Of a stretch of 64,000 nt of DNA, positions 19,990 to 29,293 are shown in pieces; the stretch's first letter is position 1, and each line of letters begins with the position of its first letter. Source of the DNA: an uncultured delta proteobacterium (GTDB lineage: Bacteria; Myxococcota_A; Polyangia; Polyangiales; Polyangiaceae). Where the stretch lies: assembly GCA_963806225.1 (NCBI GenBank), contig CAWDXG010000004.1, forward strand, positions 224,001 through 288,000. Direction: 5' to 3'. The notes beneath the pieces are model-generated. The model was not told the origin of the DNA. It made no database searches and saw nothing but the letters and a program-made list of their open reading frames with translations. A program made the position numbers and the translations under genes.

Positions 19990-22697
19990 GCGGGCAGAAT
20001 CGCCGGTACCCGGCGCTCGCCGCGCTGCTCTGGGGCTTGATCGCGCTGGCCGGCGTTCCGTTCGGTTGCGCTGCACCGGATCTGTCGTCCTACCTCGACC
20101 ACGGCAAGTGCGGACCGCACGGCGAGTGCAGTCCCGGTTTCGTGTGCGACCCGGCGGACAACCAGTGCGTGCGCGCCGGATCGCTCGACGGCGGCAACCC
20201 CCTGGACGGCGGCAGCGACGCGCACGGGGACGGCCCCGTCGCGTGCAGCGAAGGGCAGACCGTTTGCGGCGGCCAGTGCGTCGACCTCAAGACCGACCCG
20301 GGCAACTGCGACGGCTGCGGCGCGGCGTGCACCGCACCGACCGGCGGCACGCCGATCTGCTACAGCGGCCGCTGCGATTTCCTGTGCGGCAACCTCGAGC
20401 GCTGCGGCCCCCAGTGCGCCAACGTCCAGACCGATCCGGGCAATTGCGGCGGCTGCGGCGTCACGTGCCCAGCCGTGATCAACGGCGCCCCGGCGTGCAA
20501 GGCGGGCCAGTGCGACAGCACCTGCAACGCCGGCTACACGAGCTGTGGGAACACGTGCGTCGATACCGGCAGCGATCCCACTCACTGCGGCGCCTGCGCG
20601 AGCGCCTGCGCTTCCAGCCAGGTCTGCGATCTGGGCAAGTGCGCCGCGAGCTGTTCCGGATCCCGCACCAACTGCAGCGGCGCCTGCGTCGACACCAACA
20701 CGAGCACGAACCACTGCGGCGGCTGCGGCACAACCTGCCTGGTCCCCGCCCACGGGCACGCCGTGTGCGCGTCGGGCAAGTGCGATTCCAGCTGCGACGC
20801 GGGCTACGCGAAGTGCGGCAACTCGTGCGTGGACACCTCGTCCGATCCGGACAACTGCGGCGCCTGCGGCACCGTCTGCGACTCCCCTGCCAACGGGACG
20901 CCCACCTGCTCCGCCGGCAGCTGCGGTCTGTCGTGCGATCCCGGCTACGCCAAGTGTGGCAACGCCTGCGTCGACACCAAGTCCAGTCCGGGCAATTGCG
21001 GCGGTTGCGGCGTCCAGTGCCCCACCGGGCAGGTCTGCAATGCCGGTCAGTGCTCGTCGTCGTGTGCCGGCGGTACGACGAAATGCGCTTCGGCCTGCGT
21101 GGACACCAGCGCCGATCCGGCCAACTGCGGCGGCTGCGGCTCGACATGCTCGGTACCCCCGAATGGCCAGGCCGCCTGCGCCGCCGGCACCTGCGGCGTC
21201 AGCTGCGATAGTGGCTACACGGACTGCGGGGGAAGCTGCGTCAGCACGTCCAACGACCCCGACGACTGTGGCGGCTGCGGCCACGTCTGTCCCGTGCCTC
21301 CGAACGGAAACGCCACCTGCGCGGGCGGCAGCTGCGGTGTCGCCTGCAGCGGGGGGTACACGAGCTGCAACAGCAACTGCGTGGATCTGCGGAGCGACCC
21401 GACCAACTGTGGCACCTGCGGCAAGACCTGTGCGCAGAACCAGGTCTGCTCCAACGGCACGTGCGTGATCTCGTGTCAGAAACCGCTGACCAATTGCAGC
21501 GGGCAGTGCGTCGACATGCAGTCCAATCCCGCGCACTGCGGCGGATGCGGTACGGCGTGCACCGCTCCCGCGCATGCCTCGCCCGTCTGCTCGACAGGAA
21601 CGTGCGACTTCGTCTGCAAAGCCGGCTACTCGCGCTGTGGCAACCAGTGCGTCCCGACCTCGAGCGATCCCGCCAACTGCGGCAGCTGCGGCAATGCCTG
21701 TCCGACGGTCAAGAGCGGGTCGGCAACCTGCGCCAACGGCCAGTGCGGCATCCAGTGCAATGCCGGACTCTCGAAGTGCGCGAGCCAGTGCGTCGACACC
21801 AACACCAGCAACAGCAACTGCGGAAGCTGCGGAGCTGCCTGCGGAACGAACCAGGTGTGTTCCGGCGGCCAGTGCATCACACAATGTCCCACCGGGCAGA
21901 CCGATTGCGGCGGCCAGTGCGTCGACACGGCCACGGATCCGAATCACTGCGGCTCCTGCAGCCAGGCCTGCCCGACGCGCGCCAACGCGTCGCGGACGTG
22001 CAATAGCTCCCAGTGCGGCTACCAGTGCCACGCCAATTTCAGCGACTGCGACGGCGTGGCAAGCAACGGCTGCGAGGTCGACACCGCGACCAGCGCGAGC
22101 AACTGCGGTTCGTGCGGGCACCAGTGCGCACTTACAGAGGCCTGCGTGAGCGGGCAGTGCGCCTGCGGACCGGGCACCATGACCTGCGGCGGCAGTCGCT
22201 GCATCGACCTGCAGAACGACCCCCGCCACTGCGGCAACTGCAGCACGCAGTGCCATTCGGACCAGATCTGCAACGGCGGCTCCTGCATCTGCCGACCGGG
22301 GCTCAAGAACTGCAACGGCCAGTGCGTCGATACCAACGGCGACGCCTACCATTGCGGCAGCTGCGGCAATGCCTGTTCCTCGGGACAGAAGTGCCAGAAC
22401 GGGAGCTGCTCGAGCGGATCGTCGTGTTCAGGTGGCCTGCACGCCTGCACCAACAACAACCGCACCTCCTGCGTGAACACGCAGACCAGCAACCTGGACT
22501 GTGGTGGCTGCGGCAACACATGCTGGCGCGACAGGATCTGCGTCGCGGGCAACTGCCGGGACTACGCGCCCGCGGTGGGCTGTACGACCTGTCCCTGCAC
22601 CGCCGTCTGCAATCTGGTCGTCGACACCTCGAACGCCGCCTGCTGCAGCAGCGGCAGTGCGCCGATCTGCATCGACAGCAACGGCGTGTGCCCGTAG
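19986..22697 (+). CDS. Cys-rich repeat surface lipoprotein (Stig1/MXAN_6577-like repeats)
   Basis: About 17 CVD...DPxNCGxCG units; GTG start overlaps the upstream TGA. Confidence 0.88.
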   Translation: MSGQNRRYPALAALLWGLIALAGVPFGCAAPDLSSYLDHGKCGPHGECSPGFVCDPADNQCVRAGSLDGGNPLDGGSDAHGDGPVACSEGQTVCGGQCVDLKTDPGNCDGCGAACTAPTGGTPICYSGRCDFLCGNLERCGPQCANVQTDPGNCGGCGVTCPAVINGAPACKAGQCDSTCNAGYTSCGNTCVDTGSDPTHCGACASACASSQVCDLGKCAASCSGSRTNCSGACVDTNTSTNHCGGCGTTCLVPAHGHAVCASGKCDSSCDAGYAKCGNSCVDTSSDPDNCGACGTVCDSPANGTPTCSAGSCGLSCDPGYAKCGNACVDTKSSPGNCGGCGVQCPTGQVCNAGQCSSSCAGGTTKCASACVDTSADPANCGGCGSTCSVPPNGQAACAAGTCGVSCDSGYTDCGGSCVSTSNDPDDCGGCGHVCPVPPNGNATCAGGSCGVACSGGYTSCNSNCVDLRSDPTNCGTCGKTCAQNQVCSNGTCVISCQKPLTNCSGQCVDMQSNPAHCGGCGTACTAPAHASPVCSTGTCDFVCKAGYSRCGNQCVPTSSDPANCGSCGNACPTVKSGSATCANGQCGIQCNAGLSKCASQCVDTNTSNSNCGSCGAACGTNQVCSGGQCITQCPTGQTDCGGQCVDTATDPNHCGSCSQACPTRANASRTCNSSQCGYQCHANFSDCDGVASNGCEVDTATSASNCGSCGHQCALTEACVSGQCACGPGTMTCGGSRCIDLQNDPRHCGNCSTQCHSDQICNGGSCICRPGLKNCNGQCVDTNGDAYHCGSCGNACSSGQKCQNGSCSSGSSCSGGLHACTNNNRTSCVNTQTSNLDCGGCGNTCWRDRICVAGNCRDYAPAVGCTTCPCTAVCNLVVDTSNAACCSSGSAPICIDSNGVCP

Positions 22698-22725
22698 GCC
22701 CCGGCGCGGCGCCGGACAACCCCGG

Positions 22726-23322
22726 CTAGCGCCGCGTGCCGTGCGGAAGGGGCAGCCGCAGGTGCTCGCCGGCGATCACCGTGCGCGAAGCGCCCAGTCC
22801 GGGGCCGGTCATGCGCGCGGAACCGTCCCGCATGTCGAGCAACAACTGGCTGGTCGTGGGATCCCAACCGACGTTGAAGCGAGCACCCGCCGCCTGGATC
22901 TCGTAGGGACCGAAATCGAACGTCCACTTGGTCCGCTCCGGGTGCAGCGACACAGCAGCGCGACCGCGCTCGAGCTGTACGTCGGCACCGTCGGGACCGA
23001 GCCGCGTGACACGCGCAAGCGCGCCCGGGCGGAGCAACATCGTCGTGCCGTCGGAGAACACGACCGGTTGGTCGGCGTTCGAGTCGGCGCGGATCCATGC
23101 GTTCTCGATGCCGGGCGTGCCATTTCCCACGCGGAACGATAGCGGCTCGCCCGTCCAGGGCCCGATGCGGATGGCAACCAGCGCGAGCACCGCGACGACA
23201 ATCGCCACCAGCAGCTCGGCGTGCCACGGTCCCCGGCGCGGCGCGTCGTACGGCTCGGGCGCCGGCACCACGTAGGGAGCCAGCTCGTCGCGGCGGGGGT
23301 CGTTGACGGAGTAGGGCTTCAT
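22726..23322 (-). CDS. FecR-like domain membrane protein
   Basis: TM helix, then FSDGT..LRPG...LERG...GARFNV. Confidence 0.65.
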   Translation of the reverse strand: MKPYSVNDPRRDELAPYVVPAPEPYDAPRRGPWHAELLVAIVVAVLALVAIRIGPWTGEPLSFRVGNGTPGIENAWIRADSNADQPVVFSDGTTMLLRPGALARVTRLGPDGADVQLERGRAAVSLHPERTKWTFDFGPYEIQAAGARFNVGWDPTTSQLLLDMRDGSARMTGPGLGASRTVIAGEHLRLPLPHGTRR

Positions 23323-23419
23323 TCGGCGCTCCTCCCCTATCCCGCGCGACCGGCGAACGCCAGTGCCGTGTCCCCGGCACCTGACACAGCGCATCCCGGC
23401 GCACCGGATCAGGCAATAA

Positions 23420-23457
23420 TGTGGCAAAATGCCACATTATTGTGACATTTTGCCACA
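23420..23457. promoter_or_regulatory. two tandem 17-bp palindromic operator-like sites
   Basis: TGTGGCA-AAA-TGCCACA (23420-23436) and TGTGACA-TTT-TGCCACA (23441-23457). Confidence 0.7.
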
Positions 23458-23469
23458 GATCCAGATGAC

Positions 23470-24834
23470 CTAGCTCTCCGCGGTGACTGGCGCGGGCTCC
23501 TCGGCCTGCACCGCGTCCTCGCGCTCGAAGCGGCGCGCGACACGCCAGAAGATCGCCACGACGGCCACCATGATCAGCGTCTGGATGCCGAAGTACATGC
23601 CGGGCTTGAGCGCCTTGTCATACAGGCCGTCGTACGGGAGCCCGAGTACGAGGTCGCCAACGAACACCGTGACCAGGAACGCGGCGGTCACCACCGACTT
23701 GGTGCCCGGCGCGGCGCGCTTGTAGGCGAACTCCAGGCCGACGACGCTGATGCAGAGCTCGGCCAGCGTGATGATGAGCGTCGCGATGAGAAGGAGCCAC
23801 ACCGTGACCTTCCCGGCGCCCGCGAGGAAGCCGGCAACGGACATCATGCCGGTGCAGCCAAGCACGATGAAGAAGCCGATCAGCATCTTCCTCGTGTCGG
23901 GCACTTCAACGCCACCGCGGCGGCGCTTCCAGACCTCCCAGATGGTGTTGAAGATCGGCGTCAGGAGCACGATCAGGATCGGGTTCAGACCCTGGATCTG
24001 GTCCGGCGTGACCTTGAACACGCCCGGGATGACCGTCAGATCGCAGTGGTCCTTGGCGAAGTAGATCCAGGTGGACGCTGCCTGGTCGTAGACGAACCAG
24101 AACACGGCGATCAGGGCGAAAATGCCGGCAATGCGTTTGAGGGTTACGCGCTCGAGCTGCTTCTGCTCCTGGGTCTTGGGCGGATGCTCGCGTACGTTCT
24201 CGACCGGATAGTGCCGCTTGCCGATGGCGAAGAAGACGAACGCCGCAGCCATCAGCGCAGCCGGGATCATCAGTGCCGGGCCGTAGCCCCACTTGTTGCG
24301 GACCAGCGGCAACGACAGCGTGGACAGAGCCGCGCCGATGTTGATGGCCGCGTAGAAGTAGCTGAAGGCCTCGGTGAGCAGGAAGCTCTTCTTCTGCTCC
24401 TCGTACATCTGGCCCATCAGCGTGCTGGTGTTGGGCTTGATGGAGCCGGAGCCGAGAGCCAGCAGGCCGAGCGCCACGAACATCGCCCAGCGCTCCTGGA
24501 TGCCGCCCAGGATGATATGCCCGGCGATGTACGGTACCGAGAAATAGAGGATGGTCTTGTAGCGACCGAGAAAGCGGTCGGCGAGCCAGCCGCCGAAGAT
24601 GGGTGCGATGTAGCAGGCGGCGATGAAGGCCTGCATGATCTGGGCGCCGCTCGCCTTCTCGTAGTGCAGGACGGTGAGCAGATACAGCGCCAGGATCGTC
24701 CGCATCCCGTAGAAGGACGAGCGCTCCGCCAGCTCTCCCCAGAAGACGAACCAGAAGCCTCTCGGATGTAGCTTGAAGCGCTGGAATGCGTTCAGGTTCT
24801 CGCCATCCGCGGGCAGTACAACATCGCTTCGCAC
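23470..24834 (-). CDS. POT/PTR proton-dependent oligopeptide transporter
   Basis: ELAERSSFYG (ExxER), GGWLADRFLG, GSGSIKPN, FYAAINIG. Confidence 0.93.
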   Translation of the reverse strand: MRSDVVLPADGENLNAFQRFKLHPRGFWFVFWGELAERSSFYGMRTILALYLLTVLHYEKASGAQIMQAFIAACYIAPIFGGWLADRFLGRYKTILYFSVPYIAGHIILGGIQERWAMFVALGLLALGSGSIKPNTSTLMGQMYEEQKKSFLLTEAFSYFYAAINIGAALSTLSLPLVRNKWGYGPALMIPAALMAAAFVFFAIGKRHYPVENVREHPPKTQEQKQLERVTLKRIAGIFALIAVFWFVYDQAASTWIYFAKDHCDLTVIPGVFKVTPDQIQGLNPILIVLLTPIFNTIWEVWKRRRGGVEVPDTRKMLIGFFIVLGCTGMMSVAGFLAGAGKVTVWLLLIATLIITLAELCISVVGLEFAYKRAAPGTKSVVTAAFLVTVFVGDLVLGLPYDGLYDKALKPGMYFGIQTLIMVAVVAIFWRVARRFEREDAVQAEEPAPVTAES

Positions 24835-24923
24835 GGGTCCTCGTACATCACCGGCTTCGAATCGGCAACCGCCCCCCGGCCGCGGGCCCTGATTTCCAGC
24901 GACCGCCCCACAGGGCGCGCCGG

Positions 24924-25343
24924 CTACTTCTCGGCGGACAGAAGCTGGAATCGCACCTTCTGCTCGACGGGCTTCATCCCGCGGCGCGGCGGAGTCCTGT
25001 GCGTGTACTCCGCGACGAGCGTCTTCGTGGTCGCCGGAACGCGGAAGCCTACCCAGCCCTTGGTCTTGTCACCGTAGTCGAGCCACTTGCCGCGCAGCCC
25101 TGGCGAGCAGTCCGTGCCGCCGGTGCCCCGGCGCGAGTACGTGATGCCTTCGGTGTCCTTCGCCTTGAAGCGCGCACTCGCTTCGACGCCGTGTGGCTGG
25201 AACTCGCCCTCGAACACCACCAGCGCACCGACGAACTTCTCGTCGGGCTTGTTCGCGCCGGGGTTCTTGAAACGGCACTCCTTGACCTCGGTCACGGTCA
25301 TCTTCATGCCGTCGAGCTCTACCGCCTCGCCCACGGGGATCAC
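24924..25343 (-). CDS. DUF4352-like Ig-fold protein, N-terminus uncertain or truncated
   Basis: VGEAVELDGMKMTVTEV...GDKTKGWVGF pattern; no clear start. Confidence 0.5.
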   Translation of the reverse strand: MIPVGEAVELDGMKMTVTEVKECRFKNPGANKPDEKFVGALVVFEGEFQPHGVEASARFKAKDTEGITYSRRGTGGTDCSPGLRGKWLDYGDKTKGWVGFRVPATTKTLVAEYTHRTPPRRGMKPVEQKVRFQLLSAEK

Positions 25344-25424
25344 CTTGGACGGCGGCGGCTTGACCGTCTCGGCCGACGCGCAACCCGGGGCGGCGTCGGT
25401 CCGCCTGGATTTCCGGCCAGAACG

Positions 25425-25946
25425 CTATTCGCCGAACAGCTCGCCGTAGACCTCGCGCAGGATCGCCTGCGAGTCGTCGGATGGGATGCCAAGCGTAGCG
25501 GCGAAGGCTTCGATCGCGGCGGCCTCGGCGTGCGCTACGTGATCATCGACGAAAGCGACGCCGGCTGCCAGGCGGAAGGCGTAGGCCTTGCCGTCCTCGG
25601 TGGTGATGCGAGCTGCCACGTCGTCCAGACGGGCCTTCCAGCCGTCGCGTTCGAGAGTGGCGTTCAGCTCCTCGAGCAACGGCTCGAGCTTCAGCCCCTC
25701 CACGACGTGCATGTCCACGATGGCCTCGATGCTCGCCCGGAGTTGCTCCACCTCTTCCGGTGCGACCTCGCCATCCACGGCGGCCATCAGGAACATGGCC
25801 TCCAGCGTGGCCTTGAATTCGTCGGCCTGCTGCTTCTCGAGGTCGGACAGCGATCCGGGCGCGCTCAGGCTCTGGGCGAGTGCCTTCGCGGCCTTGGCTG
25901 CGGAAATGCCTGTGGCGAGCTTCTTGAGCCGGGCGTCGAGGACCAT
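25425..25946 (-). CDS. TerB-like domain protein
   Basis: MFLMAAVDGEVAPEE...AGVAFVDDHVAHAE repeated TerB motif. Confidence 0.8.
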   Translation of the reverse strand: MVLDARLKKLATGISAAKAAKALAQSLSAPGSLSDLEKQQADEFKATLEAMFLMAAVDGEVAPEEVEQLRASIEAIVDMHVVEGLKLEPLLEELNATLERDGWKARLDDVAARITTEDGKAYAFRLAAGVAFVDDHVAHAEAAAIEAFAATLGIPSDDSQAILREVYGELFGE

Positions 25947-26010
25947 GTGCCGAGGGTACCCCCGCCGGGGTTCCCTCGCAGGCCAAATCGAGGCAGCATG
26001 CCGCACTGCC

Positions 26011-26703
26011 ATGTCCGACGAGAAGGAACACCACGGGCACACCACCGACAGCCACGACCACGACGCGGGAAGTACCGACGAGGGACTGCTGTTCCCGTTC
26101 CTCGTCGTGGCCGTCATCGCACTGGGGATCGGCTGGCTGACCCAGCCCGGCCCGGAGACCGCGGCCGCCGCGCCATTGGCGGAAACCGCGACGGTCACGC
26201 CTGTGCCGGCGGCGAGCGTGGCAGCGAAGCCGCCGGTGATGGCACCTCCCATCGCGACCCAGCCAGCGGCGCCGGAAGAGCCCGCAGCGCTCGAAGCGTC
26301 CGTGGCACCCGAAGCGTCCGCGGCACCCGAAGCCTCGGCCCTGCCGGAGCAGCCGGCTCCAGCGCCAGCCTCTGCCGAAGCGGCTCCTTCGGCCGCGCCG
26401 GCCGCCGCCGAGGCCCCGTCGGGCGGCGGAGGTGCCTTCGACCGCATTGCCGCGCTCACGGCGCTCGGCAAGAGCGCCCAGCGAGCCGGCCGCTGCCGCA
26501 GCGCGGGCGCTCCGGCAGGCAACGCGAAGGTGATCGTCGCTTTTGCGCCCGACGGCCATGTGTCCAGCGCGCGCATCCTGTCGCCGAAGTACGTCGGCAC
26601 GCCCACCGGCAACTGCGTCCTCGGCCAGATCAAGCAGACCAGCATCGCGCCCTTCGCCGGCGGCAAGCCCGCCACCGTCGTCACCGGCGTGCACCTCTAC
26701 TAG
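26011..26703 (+). CDS. membrane protein with Pro/Ala linker and TonB-C/AgmX-like C-terminal domain
   Basis: TM helix, APEA linker, VAFAPDGHVSSA...GNCV. Confidence 0.65.
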   Translation: MSDEKEHHGHTTDSHDHDAGSTDEGLLFPFLVVAVIALGIGWLTQPGPETAAAAPLAETATVTPVPAASVAAKPPVMAPPIATQPAAPEEPAALEASVAPEASAAPEASALPEQPAPAPASAEAAPSAAPAAAEAPSGGGGAFDRIAALTALGKSAQRAGRCRSAGAPAGNAKVIVAFAPDGHVSSARILSPKYVGTPTGNCVLGQIKQTSIAPFAGGKPATVVTGVHLY

Positions 26704-27476
26704 CGCGCGGCAACTCCGGGAGCGCGGGCATCACCGCGCAGGAACAGCACGGAGCTCAGGCGCGCCAGCGCCGGGCGCGCGGCGCGCCTGAGTCGCTGTC
26801 CGAGCTGCTCGGTGAGCCGGTCGCGGGTCCTTGAACGCAGTCGCACCGACAGCGGCGCCCCGTGGGCATCGCCGGCGACAGCCAGCCGGGTCTGGCACAG
26901 CGCCTTGCCGCTCGCCACGTCGTGGATGACCAGCCAGGCCAGAATCCGCCCCGCGTCCCACTCGGCGTGCCGATGCCCGATGCGGTGGAAGCGCCGCGCG
27001 CGGGCGAAGTCGAGGATGTGGAAGACAGCGACGTAGCGCCGGGACGCGAGCCACTGGATAGCGTCGACGGCGGAGTCCTGCGAGCCGGAGTGATCGATAC
27101 CGACCAGCTCGGCTTCCAGAAGGCTCGGGTCGGGATCGACGAGATGACGCTTCACCGGGAGCGGGAGCACGCTCCGCCCCTGGTAGCGGGAGTCGCTGAC
27201 GGCGAGCGGCAGCTCGCGCTCGCCCTCCGGCAGCGCGTCGAGCTTCGCGTCCGGGCAGCGCCGCTCGCCGAGGTGCGCCGGCAGCGCGAAGCTGCGTGAG
27301 ATCTCGGTGCGCACCAGGGCGCGCGCTTCGGCGGCGCGGCTCAGCTCGCGGGAGAGCGCGGCGCTCGCGGTGGGTGCCGGCCGCGCGCCTGTCGGCCGGT
27401 AGGGTCGGCCGCGCTGGCAAGCGGCGAGGCTCACCGACACCGATGCCAGAATACACAGTGCAGACGCGGGGCGCAT
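26700..27476 (-). CDS. hypothetical lipoprotein
   Basis: Lipobox LAAC. Confidence 0.65.
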   Translation of the reverse strand: MRPASALCILASVSVSLAACQRGRPYRPTGARPAPTASAALSRELSRAAEARALVRTEISRSFALPAHLGERRCPDAKLDALPEGERELPLAVSDSRYQGRSVLPLPVKRHLVDPDPSLLEAELVGIDHSGSQDSAVDAIQWLASRRYVAVFHILDFARARRFHRIGHRHAEWDAGRILAWLVIHDVASGKALCQTRLAVAGDAHGAPLSVRLRSRTRDRLTEQLGQRLRRAARPALARLSSVLFLRGDARAPGVAAR

Positions 27477-27531
27477 GCTCCCAGAGAAGGCAGAGCCGCA
27501 CCGGGCGGGCCAACAATCCGGCGCCGCGGGC

Positions 27532-27936
27532 TCAGTGTTCCGCCTGGAGCAGCGCGATCACGTGGACGGAGACGGCCACAACGATCAACAGCGCCGTCGT
27601 CAGGTGGGCGCGGCGCTTCTTCGCGCGATCCCTGAGCTTCGGGCGTCGCAGCTGGAAGCCCAGACCCGTGTGCGCCACCAGCAGGAAGAACGCCGCTCCC
27701 GCGGCGCCGAGCGCGAGCATCCCGCCTCCCACCGCGCCGGGCGCCCCGAGCGCGGGGACAACCACCAGCGTGTGCACGAACGCGACGGTGCCCGTCGTCA
27801 GCCCGACCAGCACGTGGGTCCTCATGGGCTGCGACTCCGGCGCCGCGCGCTTGCCGTGCCGGAGCCGGACTACCAGCGGCACGAGCCCCGCGATCACGAT
27901 CAGCGCGGTTGCCAGCCAGCCGCTCCAGATGGCCAT
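27532..27936 (-). CDS. small 4-TM membrane protein with His in TM helices
   Basis: Four hydrophobic segments. Confidence 0.65.
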   Translation of the reverse strand: MAIWSGWLATALIVIAGLVPLVVRLRHGKRAAPESQPMRTHVLVGLTTGTVAFVHTLVVVPALGAPGAVGGGMLALGAAGAAFFLLVAHTGLGFQLRRPKLRDRAKKRRAHLTTALLIVVAVSVHVIALLQAEH

Positions 27937-27990
27937 GATGGCGGCGTTTTCGCACGAATAGGTGGGCCGGACCAGCCGACGGCCGCCGCC

Positions 27991-29157
27991 CTACCCTTCG
28001 GTGGGACTCTCCCCCGTAACCTCGCGCTCGTAGATGCGCAGGATCGCCTGGAACAGGGACATCAAGACCGGCCCGACGATCAGCCCGGCCAGACCGAAGA
28101 TCTCGATGCCGCCGAGCAGCGCGATCAGCATCAGGAAGGGCTGCTCCGCGCCGTGCCGACCGACCAGGCGGGGACGTACGACGTAGTCGGCGACGCCCAT
28201 CACGACCACCACGCCCCAGGCCAGCACGAAGATGCCCGAAGTGAAGGAGTCCATCGCGAGCAGGTAGCCGCCGACCGGCAACCAGATCAGCGCGGTGCCC
28301 ACGACAGGCAGGAAGGACGCGATCGCCGTGAGCAGCCCCCAGGTCGCGGCGTGCGGGACACCCGCTATCGCGAAACCCACGCCAGCGAACACGCCCTGGA
28401 CCACCGCGGTGGCGATCCCGCCGATGAGGGCCCCGCGCCCGACATCGCGGAACTCCTGCATCAGCGCCCGGGTGTGGTGGGGGTCGAGCGGTAGCACGCG
28501 CTCCAGCCGCACACTGATCTTCGGCCAGTGGAGCAGCACGTAGTACATCGCAAACAGGGCGATCACGAACGAGAGCAGCGCCGAAGTCGTCGTCTGCAGG
28601 ATGCTGCCGGCTGCATCGGCGAGATAACCGGATGCGCGCGTCGCCCACTCCTGCAGGTGGGTCACCAGGTCGTGGCGACTGACCCCGAACCGCGCCAGCA
28701 TGTGCGCGCCGCGCGCGCCGAGGTGAACGTTCGAGGTGATGCCCGGTGCGTGCTGCTTGAGCAGCGCGACCACCTCGAGGAAGCCGGTCACCAACACGTA
28801 GCCCATCGCTCCGACGCCGGCGGCGGTCAGGAGACCGACGACGATCGTGGTGAGCACGGCGGCCAGCACGTGGCGACTGCCGAGCCGCCGCGCCAGCCAG
28901 CTCTGCAGCGGCTGCGCCGAGAACGCCATCATCGCGCCGAGCATCAGCCCGACCCACAGCGGCGATGCGATCCACGCCACGGTCGCGAACGACACGACGG
29001 TGAGCACCCCGAGCGCGATGCGGCGGCCGCGGCGGACCTCGGGCTCGACAGGCTCGTCGCTCAGCTCGGGCAGATCACTGAAGCGCCGGAAGCGGGGACG
29101 TTGGGCGGCCCCGCGCTTCGAGCGCGGGCTGCGGCTGGACGGCGGCGGTTCGGCCAA
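27991..29157 (-). CDS. AI-2E family transporter
   Basis: ADYVVRPRLVG...LLGGIEIFGLAGLIVGP. Start uncertain. Confidence 0.88.
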   Translation of the reverse strand: MAEPPPSSRSPRSKRGAAQRPRFRRFSDLPELSDEPVEPEVRRGRRIALGVLTVVSFATVAWIASPLWVGLMLGAMMAFSAQPLQSWLARRLGSRHVLAAVLTTIVVGLLTAAGVGAMGYVLVTGFLEVVALLKQHAPGITSNVHLGARGAHMLARFGVSRHDLVTHLQEWATRASGYLADAAGSILQTTTSALLSFVIALFAMYYVLLHWPKISVRLERVLPLDPHHTRALMQEFRDVGRGALIGGIATAVVQGVFAGVGFAIAGVPHAATWGLLTAIASFLPVVGTALIWLPVGGYLLAMDSFTSGIFVLAWGVVVVMGVADYVVRPRLVGRHGAEQPFLMLIALLGGIEIFGLAGLIVGPVLMSLFQAILRIYEREVTGESPTEG

Positions 29158-29293
29158 GACAGGCTCCGGGCGCGGAGTCTAGCAGCAGGGCGGCTGCTCG
29201 GTGGGACCGGGTGAGCGGACCGACCGTGCAGGTTGTCGCACTGCACGAGACCTGCATCTGCAGCGCAACTTCGCGGGAGGATTCGCCATATCG

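Noticed and set aside
19800..22352. Long antisense or alternate-frame ORFs (e.g. 19800-22352, 24786-26834, 38941-40602, 54981-56474)
   Set aside because: Shadow ORFs expected in high-GC DNA opposite or overlapping well-supported genes or repeats.
23345..23370. sigma54 promoter for the FecR-like gene (CGGCACTGGCGTTCGC on the minus strand)
   Set aside because: The GG-to-GC spacing is 11 nt rather than the required 10.
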